From the IMG/VR virus record IMGVR_UViG_3300012983_000034, positions 32,001 to 96,000 of that record: 64,000 nucleotides of DNA. One strand, given 5' to 3'. The DNA comes from a virus (taxonomy: Duplodnaviria; Caudoviricetes). Positions 1-11,500 of the stretch are shown one piece after another. The translations under genes were made by a program, and so were the position numbers. Within the stretch, counting starts at the first letter, position 1, and every line of letters starts with the position of its first letter. Under the pieces are notes generated by a model. It was not told the origin of the DNA and searched no databases. It saw nothing but the letters and a program-made list of their open reading frames with translations.

Positions 1-1
1 A

Positions 2-367
2 GCTAGTGTAGCTACTTCTGGGTCGTATGATGATTTGATGGACGCTCCAACAAAGCTAAGTGATTTTGAAAACGATGGAGTGTTTATTACTAAAGATGTT
101 AATGATTTGACCAATTATTATAAAAAGACCGAAACTTATAAGAAAACAGAAACTGATGATTTATTAAAATCAAAAGCTGATATAAGTAGTTTGACGAATT
201 ATTATAAGAAAACAGAAATTGATGATTTATTAAAATCAAAAGCTGATACAAGTAGTTTGTCCGCCGTTGCAACATCTGGCTCTTATAATGATTTGGTTGA
301 TATAGACGAATTCAAAAAATGGATTTCGGAACAAATACAGTTGGCAATAAACCAACAAAACAATTAA
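2..367 (+). CDS. 5'-truncated fibre-like protein (C-terminal part)
   Basis: Frame is open from base 2 (ASVATSGSYDDL...); VATSGSYxDL motif occurs twice and YKKTExDDLLKSKAD repeats with a 66-bp period (about 137-259). Confidence 0.6.
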   Translation, partial: ASVATSGSYDDLMDAPTKLSDFENDGVFITKDVNDLTNYYKKTETYKKTETDDLLKSKADISSLTNYYKKTEIDDLLKSKADTSSLSAVATSGSYNDLVDIDEFKKWISEQIQLAINQQNN

Positions 368-417
368 CAATATAAACAATATAGATAAATTAAAGTAAAA
401 TATAGGAGGTAACATCT

Positions 418-2088
418 ATGGCAAACTTTAAATTAGCATTAAGTGCTGGTCACGGCTTAAAAACGGCTGGAAAAAGATGCTTGAAAGCACTTGACCCAAA
501 CGAAACTCGTGAGTGGACTCTTAATAATAGAATTGCCGACAAAATTGAGTCTTTGTTGGCTGCTTATAACGGAATTGATATACTTCGTGTTGATGATACA
601 ACTGGCGCTATTGACGTTGCTTTGGCAACACGAACTGCAAATGCAAATAAATTTGGAGCAGATTTTTATTTGTCTATACATCATAACGCAGGTGCTGGTG
701 GCAGCTCTAGTGGCGGTATTGTAGCATACGTATATACCAAGCCAAGCTCTGCCTCTATAGATTGGCAAAATAAACTATATAATGAATTGATTGCTCAGAC
801 GGCTTTAAGAGGCAATCGTTCAGATGGAACGATGAGTGCGAATTTTCACGAAGTTCGTGAAACTAATATGCCAGCCGTGCTGTTAGAGCTTGGGTTCATG
901 GATTCAAAAGTAGATGTTCCAATTATTCTTTCTAATGATTTTGCAAATAAGTGTGCGCAAGCTTGTGTTAATGTAATTGTTAAAAAGGCTGGTCTTCAAA
1001 AAAAGCAGACAGCACAGAGTACGACTGCGACCACAATTACAAAGGGCAAAGAGTATAAAGTAGTTGGGGTTATAAATAGATACGCTAGTGCATCTGATGC
1101 TAAAGAAAAAATAAATGCTAAGGGTACCTATGAAATAGGTACTTATTATATTTATAACAAATATCCAGATGGATTGAATGGTATGTATAATATTAGCAAA
1201 GATGCTACTGGTGCGTCAGCAGGTTCTTGGATAAATCCAAGTGAAAATGTTGTTGCTCAGACTCAAATTAAAAATAAGGAAGTTTATGATTTAGACTATC
1301 CAATTAAAACAAAAATTATCGACAAGAGCGTATCACGAACCAATTCTGATTGCGTAAAAGCAATTAAATATATACTGGCAAATAATAGTGATTTTGATAT
1401 TTCAATTGCAAAATCGTTTTTTGAACTTTCAAAGAAGTATGGCATTGACCCAGTAATGGCAATATCACAATCTATTTTAGAGACTGGATGGTTTAAGTAT
1501 ATTGGTTCAGCGGTTAAGCCAGAACATCATAATTATTGTGGCTTAGGTGTAACTTCTAACGGTATAACTGGTGGTATTTTTGATTCAATTGAAGACGGTG
1601 TTACCGCACAACTTCAACATTTGTTTGCTTATGGTTGTAAAGACGCACTCCCTTCTGGCGAAAGTTTGTTAGACCCAAGGTTTAAGTATGTTACAAGAGG
1701 AATTGCACCGTATTGGCAGCAGTTAGCAGGTAGATGGGCGGTGCCAGGTTATGATAAAAATACCTATGCGACACCCGAAGAAGCTATGAAGGTTGAAAAT
1801 ACTTATGGTCAAAAGATACTTAATATTGCAAATAAACTTCTTACAACAATGGTAACGAATGCGGATATTGAAAAATATTTTAAGGTTGATGCTGGTAAGT
1901 TGGAACAACCAGAAGATGAACCTGAAGTTCCTGTGTCTCCTACTCAACCAGAAGAAAATAAAAAACCAGAAGATTATGCCGATGATGAAACTAAAAAGAA
2001 TATAAGTTTTGTATTCGATTTCTTGTCAAAACTTATCAAATCTTTGATTTCATTTTTCAAGAATTTTGGAGGCAACAATGATGAATAA
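418..2088 (+). CDS. Endolysin: Amidase_3 N-acetylmuramoyl-L-alanine amidase + GH73 glucosaminidase-like domain
   Basis: SAGHG, E, SIHHNA, VLLELGF amidase motifs; AISQSILETGW, NYCGLG, LAGRWA GH73-like motifs; AGGAGG RBS. Confidence 0.85.
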   Translation: MANFKLALSAGHGLKTAGKRCLKALDPNETREWTLNNRIADKIESLLAAYNGIDILRVDDTTGAIDVALATRTANANKFGADFYLSIHHNAGAGGSSSGGIVAYVYTKPSSASIDWQNKLYNELIAQTALRGNRSDGTMSANFHEVRETNMPAVLLELGFMDSKVDVPIILSNDFANKCAQACVNVIVKKAGLQKKQTAQSTTATTITKGKEYKVVGVINRYASASDAKEKINAKGTYEIGTYYIYNKYPDGLNGMYNISKDATGASAGSWINPSENVVAQTQIKNKEVYDLDYPIKTKIIDKSVSRTNSDCVKAIKYILANNSDFDISIAKSFFELSKKYGIDPVMAISQSILETGWFKYIGSAVKPEHHNYCGLGVTSNGITGGIFDSIEDGVTAQLQHLFAYGCKDALPSGESLLDPRFKYVTRGIAPYWQQLAGRWAVPGYDKNTYATPEEAMKVENTYGQKILNIANKLLTTMVTNADIEKYFKVDAGKLEQPEDEPEVPVSPTQPEENKKPEDYADDETKKNISFVFDFLSKLIKSLISFFKNFGGNNDE

Positions 2089-2359
2089 GAATAATAAGCC
2101 TAAGAAAAAGGTATCAAACATTATGCTTGTACTTATTTGTGCAATGATTATCATTTATACCGCCGCTGATTTTGCTCTTCAATACTTTGCAGGTATTGAA
2201 GTTAGCCCAACGCTTACAACTGCTTGGTTTGCATTTTGGGGAACTGAAATAGTTGCCTTGGCAGCAATTAAAACAACTAAGGTTAAGCATGAATATGATA
2301 CAAAATCAAAATGCGAAGATGCATCTGATTTAAATCAAATGGGAAACGGAGATATCTAA
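2078..2359 (+). CDS. Small two-TM membrane protein, holin-like
   Basis: Two hydrophobic segments; directly after endolysin. Confidence 0.55.
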   Translation: MMNKNNKPKKKVSNIMLVLICAMIIIYTAADFALQYFAGIEVSPTLTTAWFAFWGTEIVALAAIKTTKVKHEYDTKSKCEDASDLNQMGNGDI

Positions 2360-2360
2360 G

Positions 2361-2753
2361 ATGGATTGGGCAATATTTACAGAACAAGTTTTTAAGCTTG
2401 TGTTATTTCCAGTTATATCGGTTTGCGGCATTTATTTAATTTATTTTTTAAATACAAAAATTAACGAACTTAAAAAGAAAACAGATAGTGATTTGGCAGA
2501 TAAATATTTAGATATGTTAAATGATACTATTACGAGTGCGGTTTTGGCAACTACACAAACATATGTAGAGTCATTAAAACAACAAAATAAGTTTGATGCA
2601 GACGCACAAAAAATTGCTTTTCAGCAAACATATGATGCCGTTATGAAGGTGTTGACTGATGAAGCGAAAAAATATATCGTTTCTTCTGTTGGCGATTTAG
2701 AAATATATGTAACTAATAGGATTGAATCTGAAGTTGCATTAAATAAAATATAA
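2361..2753 (+). CDS. Phage holin (LL-H-like)
   Basis: N-terminal TM; AVxxTxQTYV...IESEV pattern; in lysis cluster. Confidence 0.65.
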   Translation: MDWAIFTEQVFKLVLFPVISVCGIYLIYFLNTKINELKKKTDSDLADKYLDMLNDTITSAVLATTQTYVESLKQQNKFDADAQKIAFQQTYDAVMKVLTDEAKKYIVSSVGDLEIYVTNRIESEVALNKI

Positions 2754-2770
2754 TACAATTTATAAATATA

Positions 2771-2801
2771 ACTAGAGGTGGTAAGTAAAACCACCTCTAG
2801 T
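2771..2801 (+). terminator. 12-bp hairpin after lysis genes
   Basis: ACTAGAGGTGGT/ACCACCTCTAGT inverted repeat; weak U-tract. Confidence 0.5.
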
Positions 2802-2872
2802 AATAAGACATCTCTATTCCAAGAGTGTCGTTTTTAAAGAAAATTTTATGAAAGGATGGTCGTGGATGTGAG

Positions 2873-3523
2873 ATGGCAGAGTTAAATCAATTAGGACAAA
2901 TAAATTGGTGGTATGTATTTATTGCTTTAATTCTTGCACTTGTTTGTGTTAAATTTGTTTGGTCTTTAGGAGAATGGTTTGTTAATAAGCTTGGAATCGA
3001 AACCAAAAAGACAAGACAAAGAAGATTAGAGCAAGAAGAATTAAAGGCTACTACCGAATTAGCAAAAACAACTGCTCAAAATTTGGATAGACTTGAAAAA
3101 AGACATACAAAAGACGAACAGGATTTTAGAAATAATTTAAATAATTATATGGAAGAAAGTCGTAGAGACCGTAAGGCTATACACGATGAAATGACAAGAT
3201 ACAGTGATAATAGAGCTAATGACAGAAAGCAAAGTCTTGAAATTCAAAAGGAATTAAAAGAGTCTATTTCTGCTAGAGATGAGCAAGTAGGTTCTTTAAT
3301 CGTTGCTCAAAAAGAAATATTGGCAGAAAAGATTAATGAGAAATATAAGAACTATATTAGTATTGGTGGAATACCAGAAGACGAATATGACGAGTTTGTG
3401 TCATTACACGCAGCATATAATGGTGTTGGTGGAAATCATCACGGAGATGCCAAGTTTCAGTATTGTATAGAACATCTTCCTATAATTCCTGTAAAAACGA
3501 AGTTGGTCTATAAAGATGAATAA
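2873..3523 (+). CDS. Membrane-anchored coiled-coil protein
   Basis: N-terminal TM, long coiled coil, C-terminal Y..GGNHHG motif common in phage lysis-region proteins. Confidence 0.5.
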   Translation: MAELNQLGQINWWYVFIALILALVCVKFVWSLGEWFVNKLGIETKKTRQRRLEQEELKATTELAKTTAQNLDRLEKRHTKDEQDFRNNLNNYMEESRRDRKAIHDEMTRYSDNRANDRKQSLEIQKELKESISARDEQVGSLIVAQKEILAEKINEKYKNYISIGGIPEDEYDEFVSLHAAYNGVGGNHHGDAKFQYCIEHLPIIPVKTKLVYKDE

Positions 3524-3540
3524 TAAAGGTGGTGAAGATT

Positions 3541-4824
3541 ATGTTACAAACCACTACAAATATAAATATTGATTTTTATGATAAAAAATACATATTAATC
3601 AATGCAAAACAATTTGATAAAAAATCAAGATTTTTATCTGTTACTTGTTATAATCACGGAGAACTTTATCCTCTTAATGAAGGCGAACATTCTGCATATA
3701 TAAGATATAGAAAAGCAGATAATAATAGTGTTTTTAATTTTTGTGAAATAGACCGTAAAGGAAAAATTATGGTTGAACTCACAGAACAAATGCTTTCCGC
3801 AGATGGTATTTGTTGTGCAGATTTGGTTATTGTAAATGAGGGCGGTGCCAAAGTAGACACTCAGACTGGTGAGATTATTGGGATAGAAAATGCATCTATT
3901 CTTTCTACTATGCCGCTTCATATAGATGTAACTGGAACCGCCGTTGCGAATTCAGACATTGAATCGTCATATGAATTTGATGGTCTCAACACAGCATTAG
4001 AAAAAGCAGAAGCTGAGTATGAAGAAGTGATGAAAACTTCTAAATCTTGGGCTGTTGGCAATACTGGTATTAGAGAAGGTGAAAACACTGATAATGCCAA
4101 GTATTATTCTAAGCAGTCTTCTAATAGTGCGAGTGCTGCTAATACAAGCGCCTTAAATGCAGCAGAGAGTGAGAGAATTGCTGGTGAACATAAAGACACG
4201 GCTATTGTACATTCTGGTAATGCATATACATATATGACTGATGCAAAAAACTCTATGGATAGTGCGAGTAAAAGTGAAGCAAACGCTGCTAATAGCGCAA
4301 GTGCTGCTGCTACGAGCGAAAGTAATGCTAAGGTTAGCGAAACTAATTCTAAGACTAGTGAGACTAAGGCGGCTACAAGTGAGGCTAACGCCAAGACCAG
4401 TGAGGCAAATGCATCTGCCAGTGAGCAAAATGCTAAAACGAGTGAGAATAATGCGTTAAATAGTGCCAATAAAGCTCAGTCTTATGCTGTTGGCGGCACT
4501 GGTACGAGAGGCAATGAGGATTACGATAATGCTCATTATTATTATGAATTAACAAAAAATATTGTTATTGGATTAGATACTGGTTTTATACCGATGGGTA
4601 CGATTGCATTTTCTGAATTGGCAAGCGTAGAAAAAGCTACTGGATATGTGTATAATATAAGTGACGATTTTGTAACAAATAATTCCTTTGCGGAAGGTGA
4701 AGGTAAGAGTTACACCGCAGGAACCAATGTGTATGTGCGTTCAGATGGTATGTTTGATTGCTTTGGCGGAGCCGCCTCCCCTACTGCTACAGTTGATGAA
4801 GTAAAAGATTATTTAGGTATTTAA
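3541..4824 (+). CDS. BppU-like baseplate/fibre protein with Ala/Ser-rich stalk repeats
   Basis: N-terminal AKQFDKKSRFL...VELTEQML BppU-like region; SExNAKxS repeats; S(W/Y)AVGxTGxR...DNAxYY twice. Confidence 0.6.
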   Translation: MLQTTTNINIDFYDKKYILINAKQFDKKSRFLSVTCYNHGELYPLNEGEHSAYIRYRKADNNSVFNFCEIDRKGKIMVELTEQMLSADGICCADLVIVNEGGAKVDTQTGEIIGIENASILSTMPLHIDVTGTAVANSDIESSYEFDGLNTALEKAEAEYEEVMKTSKSWAVGNTGIREGENTDNAKYYSKQSSNSASAANTSALNAAESERIAGEHKDTAIVHSGNAYTYMTDAKNSMDSASKSEANAANSASAAATSESNAKVSETNSKTSETKAATSEANAKTSEANASASEQNAKTSENNALNSANKAQSYAVGGTGTRGNEDYDNAHYYYELTKNIVIGLDTGFIPMGTIAFSELASVEKATGYVYNISDDFVTNNSFAEGEGKSYTAGTNVYVRSDGMFDCFGGAASPTATVDEVKDYLGI

Positions 4825-4839
4825 AAGGTGGTGATATAA

Positions 4840-5541
4840 ATGGCTTATACAATTTTAGTTTGCGATGACAACAGTCTCTATGGTTCACAAAAAAGCAAAA
4901 TAATGCAAAAAGAGAAATTGGTGAATAAACTGTGTTTTTTGGTTGCACCACATTATAATGGACATGATATGTCGCAATTCACAGTTACTATGAGATATGT
5001 GCTTCCAATTAGCAAAGAATTTATAACAGAAACACTTGTGTTGGCTGATGATAAATATGAAGAATATTTGAAGTATGTGTTACCTGTTGACACCAACCTT
5101 TCGAAAGAATGGGGAGATGTTGAGCTTAATCTTACATTTACTAAGGTTGACACAGATAATGACGGAAACATCATACAGCGTGTAAGAAAGACTGACAATT
5201 ATATTTTGAAAATTACAGAACTTCCAGATTGGGATAAATTCGTCCCAGATTCCGCTTTGTCAGCATTAGACCAGCGCATTTTAAAACAAGACGCTCAGAT
5301 TATGGCGTTGGCTAATTTGGCTGATGCACTTGATGGAAACGTTAATATTGTAGATAATTTGGTGTATGATGATGTCGGCTCAACTCTTCAGCTCTCAGCA
5401 AATGGTGTTGCGGTTGGTGATAAAGTTTCTGTTAAGGATATGTTGGACGATGGAAGCCCAGTGGTAGACCTTAATTCTAAACCCGAAGATAAACCGAACA
5501 CAGACAACGACTCCACTGAAAGCAATGTTGTGGAATTTTAA
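4840..5541 (+). CDS. Virion structural protein (BppU-like adaptor)
   Basis: Context; acidic; ends VVEF like 13452-14408. Confidence 0.45.
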   Translation: MAYTILVCDDNSLYGSQKSKIMQKEKLVNKLCFLVAPHYNGHDMSQFTVTMRYVLPISKEFITETLVLADDKYEEYLKYVLPVDTNLSKEWGDVELNLTFTKVDTDNDGNIIQRVRKTDNYILKITELPDWDKFVPDSALSALDQRILKQDAQIMALANLADALDGNVNIVDNLVYDDVGSTLQLSANGVAVGDKVSVKDMLDDGSPVVDLNSKPEDKPNTDNDSTESNVVEF

Positions 5542-5595
5542 ATAAAAACAATTTAGAGGATGATTAACTTGTCCTCTGGAAAGGAGGAAATAACA

Positions 5596-8500
5596 ATGAG
5601 TTTATCATTTGAAGATTCTCTTAAACAAAATATTAAAAATAATAATGAGAATAATATAGCAATTGATAATATATCTGCCGAAGATGTTAGTGTTGCTATG
5701 CCAGACATTATGACGCTTGATGAAACACATATGGTTGCCGCCTATTCAGGTGACGACGGCAATTGGCAACAACATCCTGATTATGTTCGTTATTCAAGTT
5801 TTTCTGATGATAATATCTCTACTATTAATGATACAAAAGATATTGTTTTAAATAGAAAACAGTTTAATATAACACAAGAAGAAAACTCTCAATATATACC
5901 GTTTGAAATGCCGAGATATTATGATGGTTTTGATTTGGCTAGAACCACTATATCTATCCACTATCAAACAAAAAGCGGCAGACACGGAGCTTCCAAGCCT
6001 GTAAATGTAACTTTTAACGATGAGAAAATCAGATTTGGTTGGCTTGTTGACGCTGGTGCAACTCTTGATGTTGGAATGCTTGAATTTGAAATACACGCCT
6101 ATGGCACTATTGCTGGCACCGATGGCGTTTCTAAGAGTTATACTTGGAAGACAAAGAGAAATAAAGATTTAAATGTTCTTGAATCATTGTGTGATTGTAA
6201 TGATGTTATCAACAACATAGATGACACTTGGATGCAAGAACTTATTACTGATGTGGCTGAAAAGGTAGCAGACGAGATTAAGAATGTTGCAGTTGGCGAA
6301 CAAGTTGAGGCTGCTGAAAACGCTGCTGCCGAAGCAGAAAAGTATGCTAAGGATGCTCAAAGTTCAGCAGAGACAGCGGCTTCTGTTGCAAACACAGCCG
6401 TAACTACTGCGCTTAAAGATTATGCTAAAACTGAATATGTAGATGAGGCTATTGCAAGCGTAGATGTTTCTGAGCAATTAAAGAATTATGTAAAAACATC
6501 TGATTTACAAGAGAATTATTATAATAAAACCGAGACTGAGCAAAGAGTTTCAACTGTTTTAGAAAATTATGCTACAAAAGATGATGTTGCTACCGCAATT
6601 ACTGAGGCTGACATTTCTGAAAAGTTAAATGATTATTACACAAAATCAGAAACTTATAGCAAAACAGAAGTTGATACCGCTCTTGGTAATGTAAAAGTTG
6701 ATTTAACTGGTTATGCTACTGAAACTTATGTTGATAATAAGGTCACTCCTCTCTCTTCTTCTATTGGAACAAATGCAGAAAATATATCTTCTTTAAGCAA
6801 GACTGTTGGCGAATTACAAGGAGAGGTTAACTCCATAGACAAATCACCTCGTCTTACTTACGACGTTGAATATAATGACGCAGAAAATCCTGATGTTGGT
6901 GAGAATGTATTTGTTTTCTATGAAATTGAGAATGAGGGAAAAGAGAATGAAGTAAAGGAAGCCAAAAAGAAGTTTACTATTGTTGGTGGTAGTGGTGGCG
7001 GTGCTACAAGCAGTTCATTAAAGATTGGATATGTAACTACCTCTCCTCTTGTTGTAACCATAAATGATACGGCAATTATTAAATATACATTCTCTGGCAC
7101 TGACTCTTCTGGCGATGCTGTTCCAGAAGGAAATGCGACTTGGAAAATTAACGGAAAAACAATTGCAACTAATATTGCTCTTAATGGCGAGAACTCTTTT
7201 GATGTAACAGAATATCTTTCTGTTGGTACTCAAAAGGTTAATCTTTCAATTGTTGATGAAGCTGGTAGTTTAGTAACAAAAACCTGGACTGTACAAAAAA
7301 TTGATGTAAGGCTTGAATCTACTTTTAATGACAAGCTGACTTATCCTATGGGAACTGTGTCTTTTGACTATACGCCATATGGCGCAGTTTCTAAAGATAT
7401 TCATTTTGTTCTTGATGGTAAGGAAATAGGCAAGATTACCACTGCTTCCTCTGGTATTCCAATGGGTTATGAGATTCCTGCTCAAACACACGGTTCTCAT
7501 TTATTGGAAGTTTATATGGATACAGAAATCAATGGCAATGCTATTGAGTCAAACCATATTGTTAAAGATATACTTTGGTACGACACAACAAGTGCAGTTC
7601 CTGTAATTGGTAGTACTTACCAAAGCTTTACCGCAAGACAATATGATGCTACCAATATTGAATATACAGTATACGACCCAACTACAGAAACGCCCACTGT
7701 TGAAATTGCCGTTGATGGCGTAGTAGTGTCTACTCCTACATTGGATAAGTCTACAAATGTATATTCGTTTAAGACAGATGTTGTTGGCGAACATATTATT
7801 ACAATTACTTGTGGTGAGACTGTTAAAACATTAAAAGCTAATATTACTAAGTTGGATATTGATATAGCTCCTGTTACCGCTGGATTGGCATTCGACTTCA
7901 ATCCCTCTGGAAAGTCGAATAATGATGTTGATAGAGTTTGGACTGATGGCACGGTTTCTATGTCTGTATCTGATAACTTTGACTGGATTAATGGTGGTTA
8001 TCAGTTTGATGAAAATGGCGACCAATATTTCTGTATTAAAGCTGGTACTTCTGCTGAAATTGATTATCAATTATTTGCAGATGACGCTAAGAAAAACGGA
8101 AAAGAAATGAAGTTGGTTTTCAAAACAACCAACGTTTCCAAACCTGATGCTACATTCTTATCTTGTATGGATAATACAACAGATACAGACCATATTGGTA
8201 TTCAAATGGATGTTCACGAAGCATTTATTTATGGTCAGGCTGGCAAATTAGACCTTTCTTATTCTGAAGAAGATATTATTGAGTTTGAGTTTAATATCTC
8301 TAAGAATACAGAGGCAATCCCAATGGTTATGGGATATGAGGACGGTGTATCTACTCGTCCTATGGTTTATGATGATTCACATAACTTCACACAAAATACA
8401 CCTAAAGTTATATCCTTGGGTTCTGAAGATTGTGATTTGCATATATATAGATTTAAAGTTTATAATACATCTCTTACCGATAGAGGTATTTTGAACAACT

Positions 8501-11500
8501 TTATTGCAGATGCTCGTAATGCAGAAGAAATGGTTTCTCGTTATGACCGTAATCAAATTTATGATGAGAACCAAAATCTCGACCCAGATGTTCTTGCAGA
8601 GAAATGTCCTTGGTTGAGAGTATATAAGATTTCTGCGCCTTATTTTACTAATAATAAGAGTGATAAGGTTCCGAACACTACAATTCAACAGATTTATAAG
8701 AATGGCGACCCCGTTTTAGATAACTGGACTTGCTATGATTGTTCTCACTCAGGACAAGGCACAAGTTCAAACAACTATGGAGCCGCTGGCAGAAACCTTG
8801 ACTTTATTATGAACAAGTCGCAAATTGAGGGCGTTAAACCCTACTTTAAGTTGGGTGATGGAACTGTAACAGATAAGATTACACTTACTCGCACCTCTGT
8901 TCCTGTGGCTTATTTAAATGCCAAGGTAAACATTGCATCGTCTAACAATATGACAAATGCAATGTTAGCTAATAGATATAATGAGTTTCAGCCTTATAAC
9001 AGACCCTTTGTTAGAACAGCAAGCTTGTCAGATGTATATTCTGATGAGGAAATTTCTGCAATGACAGAAGAAGAGCAGTCTGCGGCTTTGACGAAGCTTC
9101 AAGAAAAAGTGGATGCTGAAACTTCTTATATTAAGGACACAATGGAATTTCATAACTGCGTAATCTTTATCCAAGAAACAAATGAAGATGCGTCTACTCA
9201 TAGAGAATTTGCAGATAATGACTGGCATTTTTACGCAATCGGCAATATAGGCGACAGTAAAAAGTCCGACAAAACTCGTCTGACGGATATGGATGACAAA
9301 TATGAATGTTGTGTTGAAATTATGGATGTTGAGTTACCCCTTTCCGATTTCCCCGTTGATACAATGTATAATGCAATGGGATATAAAGAAGATGAGACTA
9401 CGCACGAAAAGAAATATATTTGGGCAAAGAATGAAAATCTTGGTATTCTCTATGAAAAGATTAATGGAGAGTATGTTCTTACCGAAGATACTGAAGTTGA
9501 TTTAAATAAGACATATTATGTTGATATTCTTGAACACGATGACTTTAGTGAAGACTTTACTTATGGTTGGCGTTATCTCTACGAAGGTGACGACGATGAA
9601 GAAAATGCTGAGGTATTCGACTATTGCAAACAAAAGTGGATTGAGCTTTATAGATTTATAACTACTTCTACTGATGAAGAGTTTAAAAATAGATTTGATG
9701 AGTATTTTGTAAAGGATACGGCTCTTTACTATTTCTTATTTGCTATGAGATATTGTCTCGTTGATAATCTTGCAAAGAATTCGTTTTGGCATTATAGCAA
9801 AACTGGTGAAATAGACGCACAAGGCAATCCTATTCGTAAATGGTCTCTGGACTGGCTTTACGATGTGGATACTGCCTGTGGTTTAAATAACTATGGCAAA
9901 CAAGTTTATCGTTATGGATTAGAAACAACAGACACCGATGAAAAGGGCGAAGAGATATTTAGAGAGTCTGACAGTACATTCTTCTGTCGTATAAGAGACC
10001 TCTTCCCTGCTGAACTCAAGACAATGTACAATACTCTTGAGTCTAAAAATGCTTGGCACGCAGAAAGTTTTATAAACAAAGCTGACGAATGGCAGAGTCA
10101 ATTCCCCGAAGAATTGTGGCGTGTTGATATTGAGCGTAAGTATATTCGCACCTACAATGGTTCATTTATTAATGGAGAAGGCGATGCTCAATTCCTTACC
10201 AATATGGCAAATGGCAAGATGAAATACCACCGTAGACAATGGGAACGCAGCCAAGAGAAATATATGGCTTCTAAATATCAAAGTTCTGTTGCTTCTGGTG
10301 ATAACTCTGTATTTAGATGTAGTGTGCCAAATGGTGATTTGGTCGTTAAACCTAATTATAGGTTAAAACTTACACCGTATGCGTATATGTACTTGAATGT
10401 TAAATATGGTACACAAAATCCCATTCAGTTAAGAGCGGAACCTAATAAGACATATGAGATACCTTTTGACGGTGATAAGGCTGATATTGTTGATGTATAC
10501 AGTTCTTCTCTTATTCAAGACTTTGGCGACTTATCATCTTGTTATGTAGCAACTGCTGATACAAGCAAAGCGTCTAAGGTTAAGAAATTGATTTTTGGTA
10601 ACGAAACCGAAGGTTATGACAATCCGAACTTTACAACTTTAACTACTGGTGCTAACTATTTGTTGGAAGAGTTAAATATTGAAAATGTTTCTGGATTAAC
10701 ACAGTCTTTGAATTTGACTGCGTTAAATAACTTAAAAGAGTTGTATGCACACGGCTCTAACATTGGCGGTGTTACTTTTGCCGATGGTGGTAAGATTGAA
10801 ATTGCTGAATTACCAGCAATTAACGCACTTACTATGAAGAATCTGATTTATCTCGCAACGCTCGATATTACTAATTTGAGAAAATTGACTACTCTTACGG
10901 TTGAAAATTGTAATACTGTTGATTTGTTGACTATGTTAAATCAGGCGACCAATGTTAATCGTGTGAGAATTATAGGCATTGATTGGAATCTTGCAGACAC
11001 TTCTCTCTTAGAGAGATTGTATGAAATGAAAGGTATTGACAAGAATGGCTATAACGCAGACCAATCTGTTCTGACTGGTACTGTAACCGTTCCTGTAATT
11101 GGACAATATGAATTGTATAAATACCAAGAGGCGTGGTCAGATTTAACTATTATTCCTACTACTGTTATTAAACAGTTTGCAGTTACATTCAAAAATGACG
11201 ACGGAGCTGTGTTAGATATCCAATATGTAGACCAATTTCAAAACGCTGTTGACCCTATTACCAGAGAAGAAAATCCAATTGCTACTCCAACAAAGAAGAG
11301 TACTATTAGTCACGATTATACTTATGCTGGTTGGGATAGTTCTCTTGTTAATATTATTGAAGATAGAACTATTACTGCAACATATACTGAGTCTTTAAGA
11401 AAGTATACTGCTCAGTATGTTTCAAAGGGAGTAATTTTTAAAACTGCTAACGGTTTGTATGGTGATAATATTGTCTGTGATGATATCCCTGTATATACAG

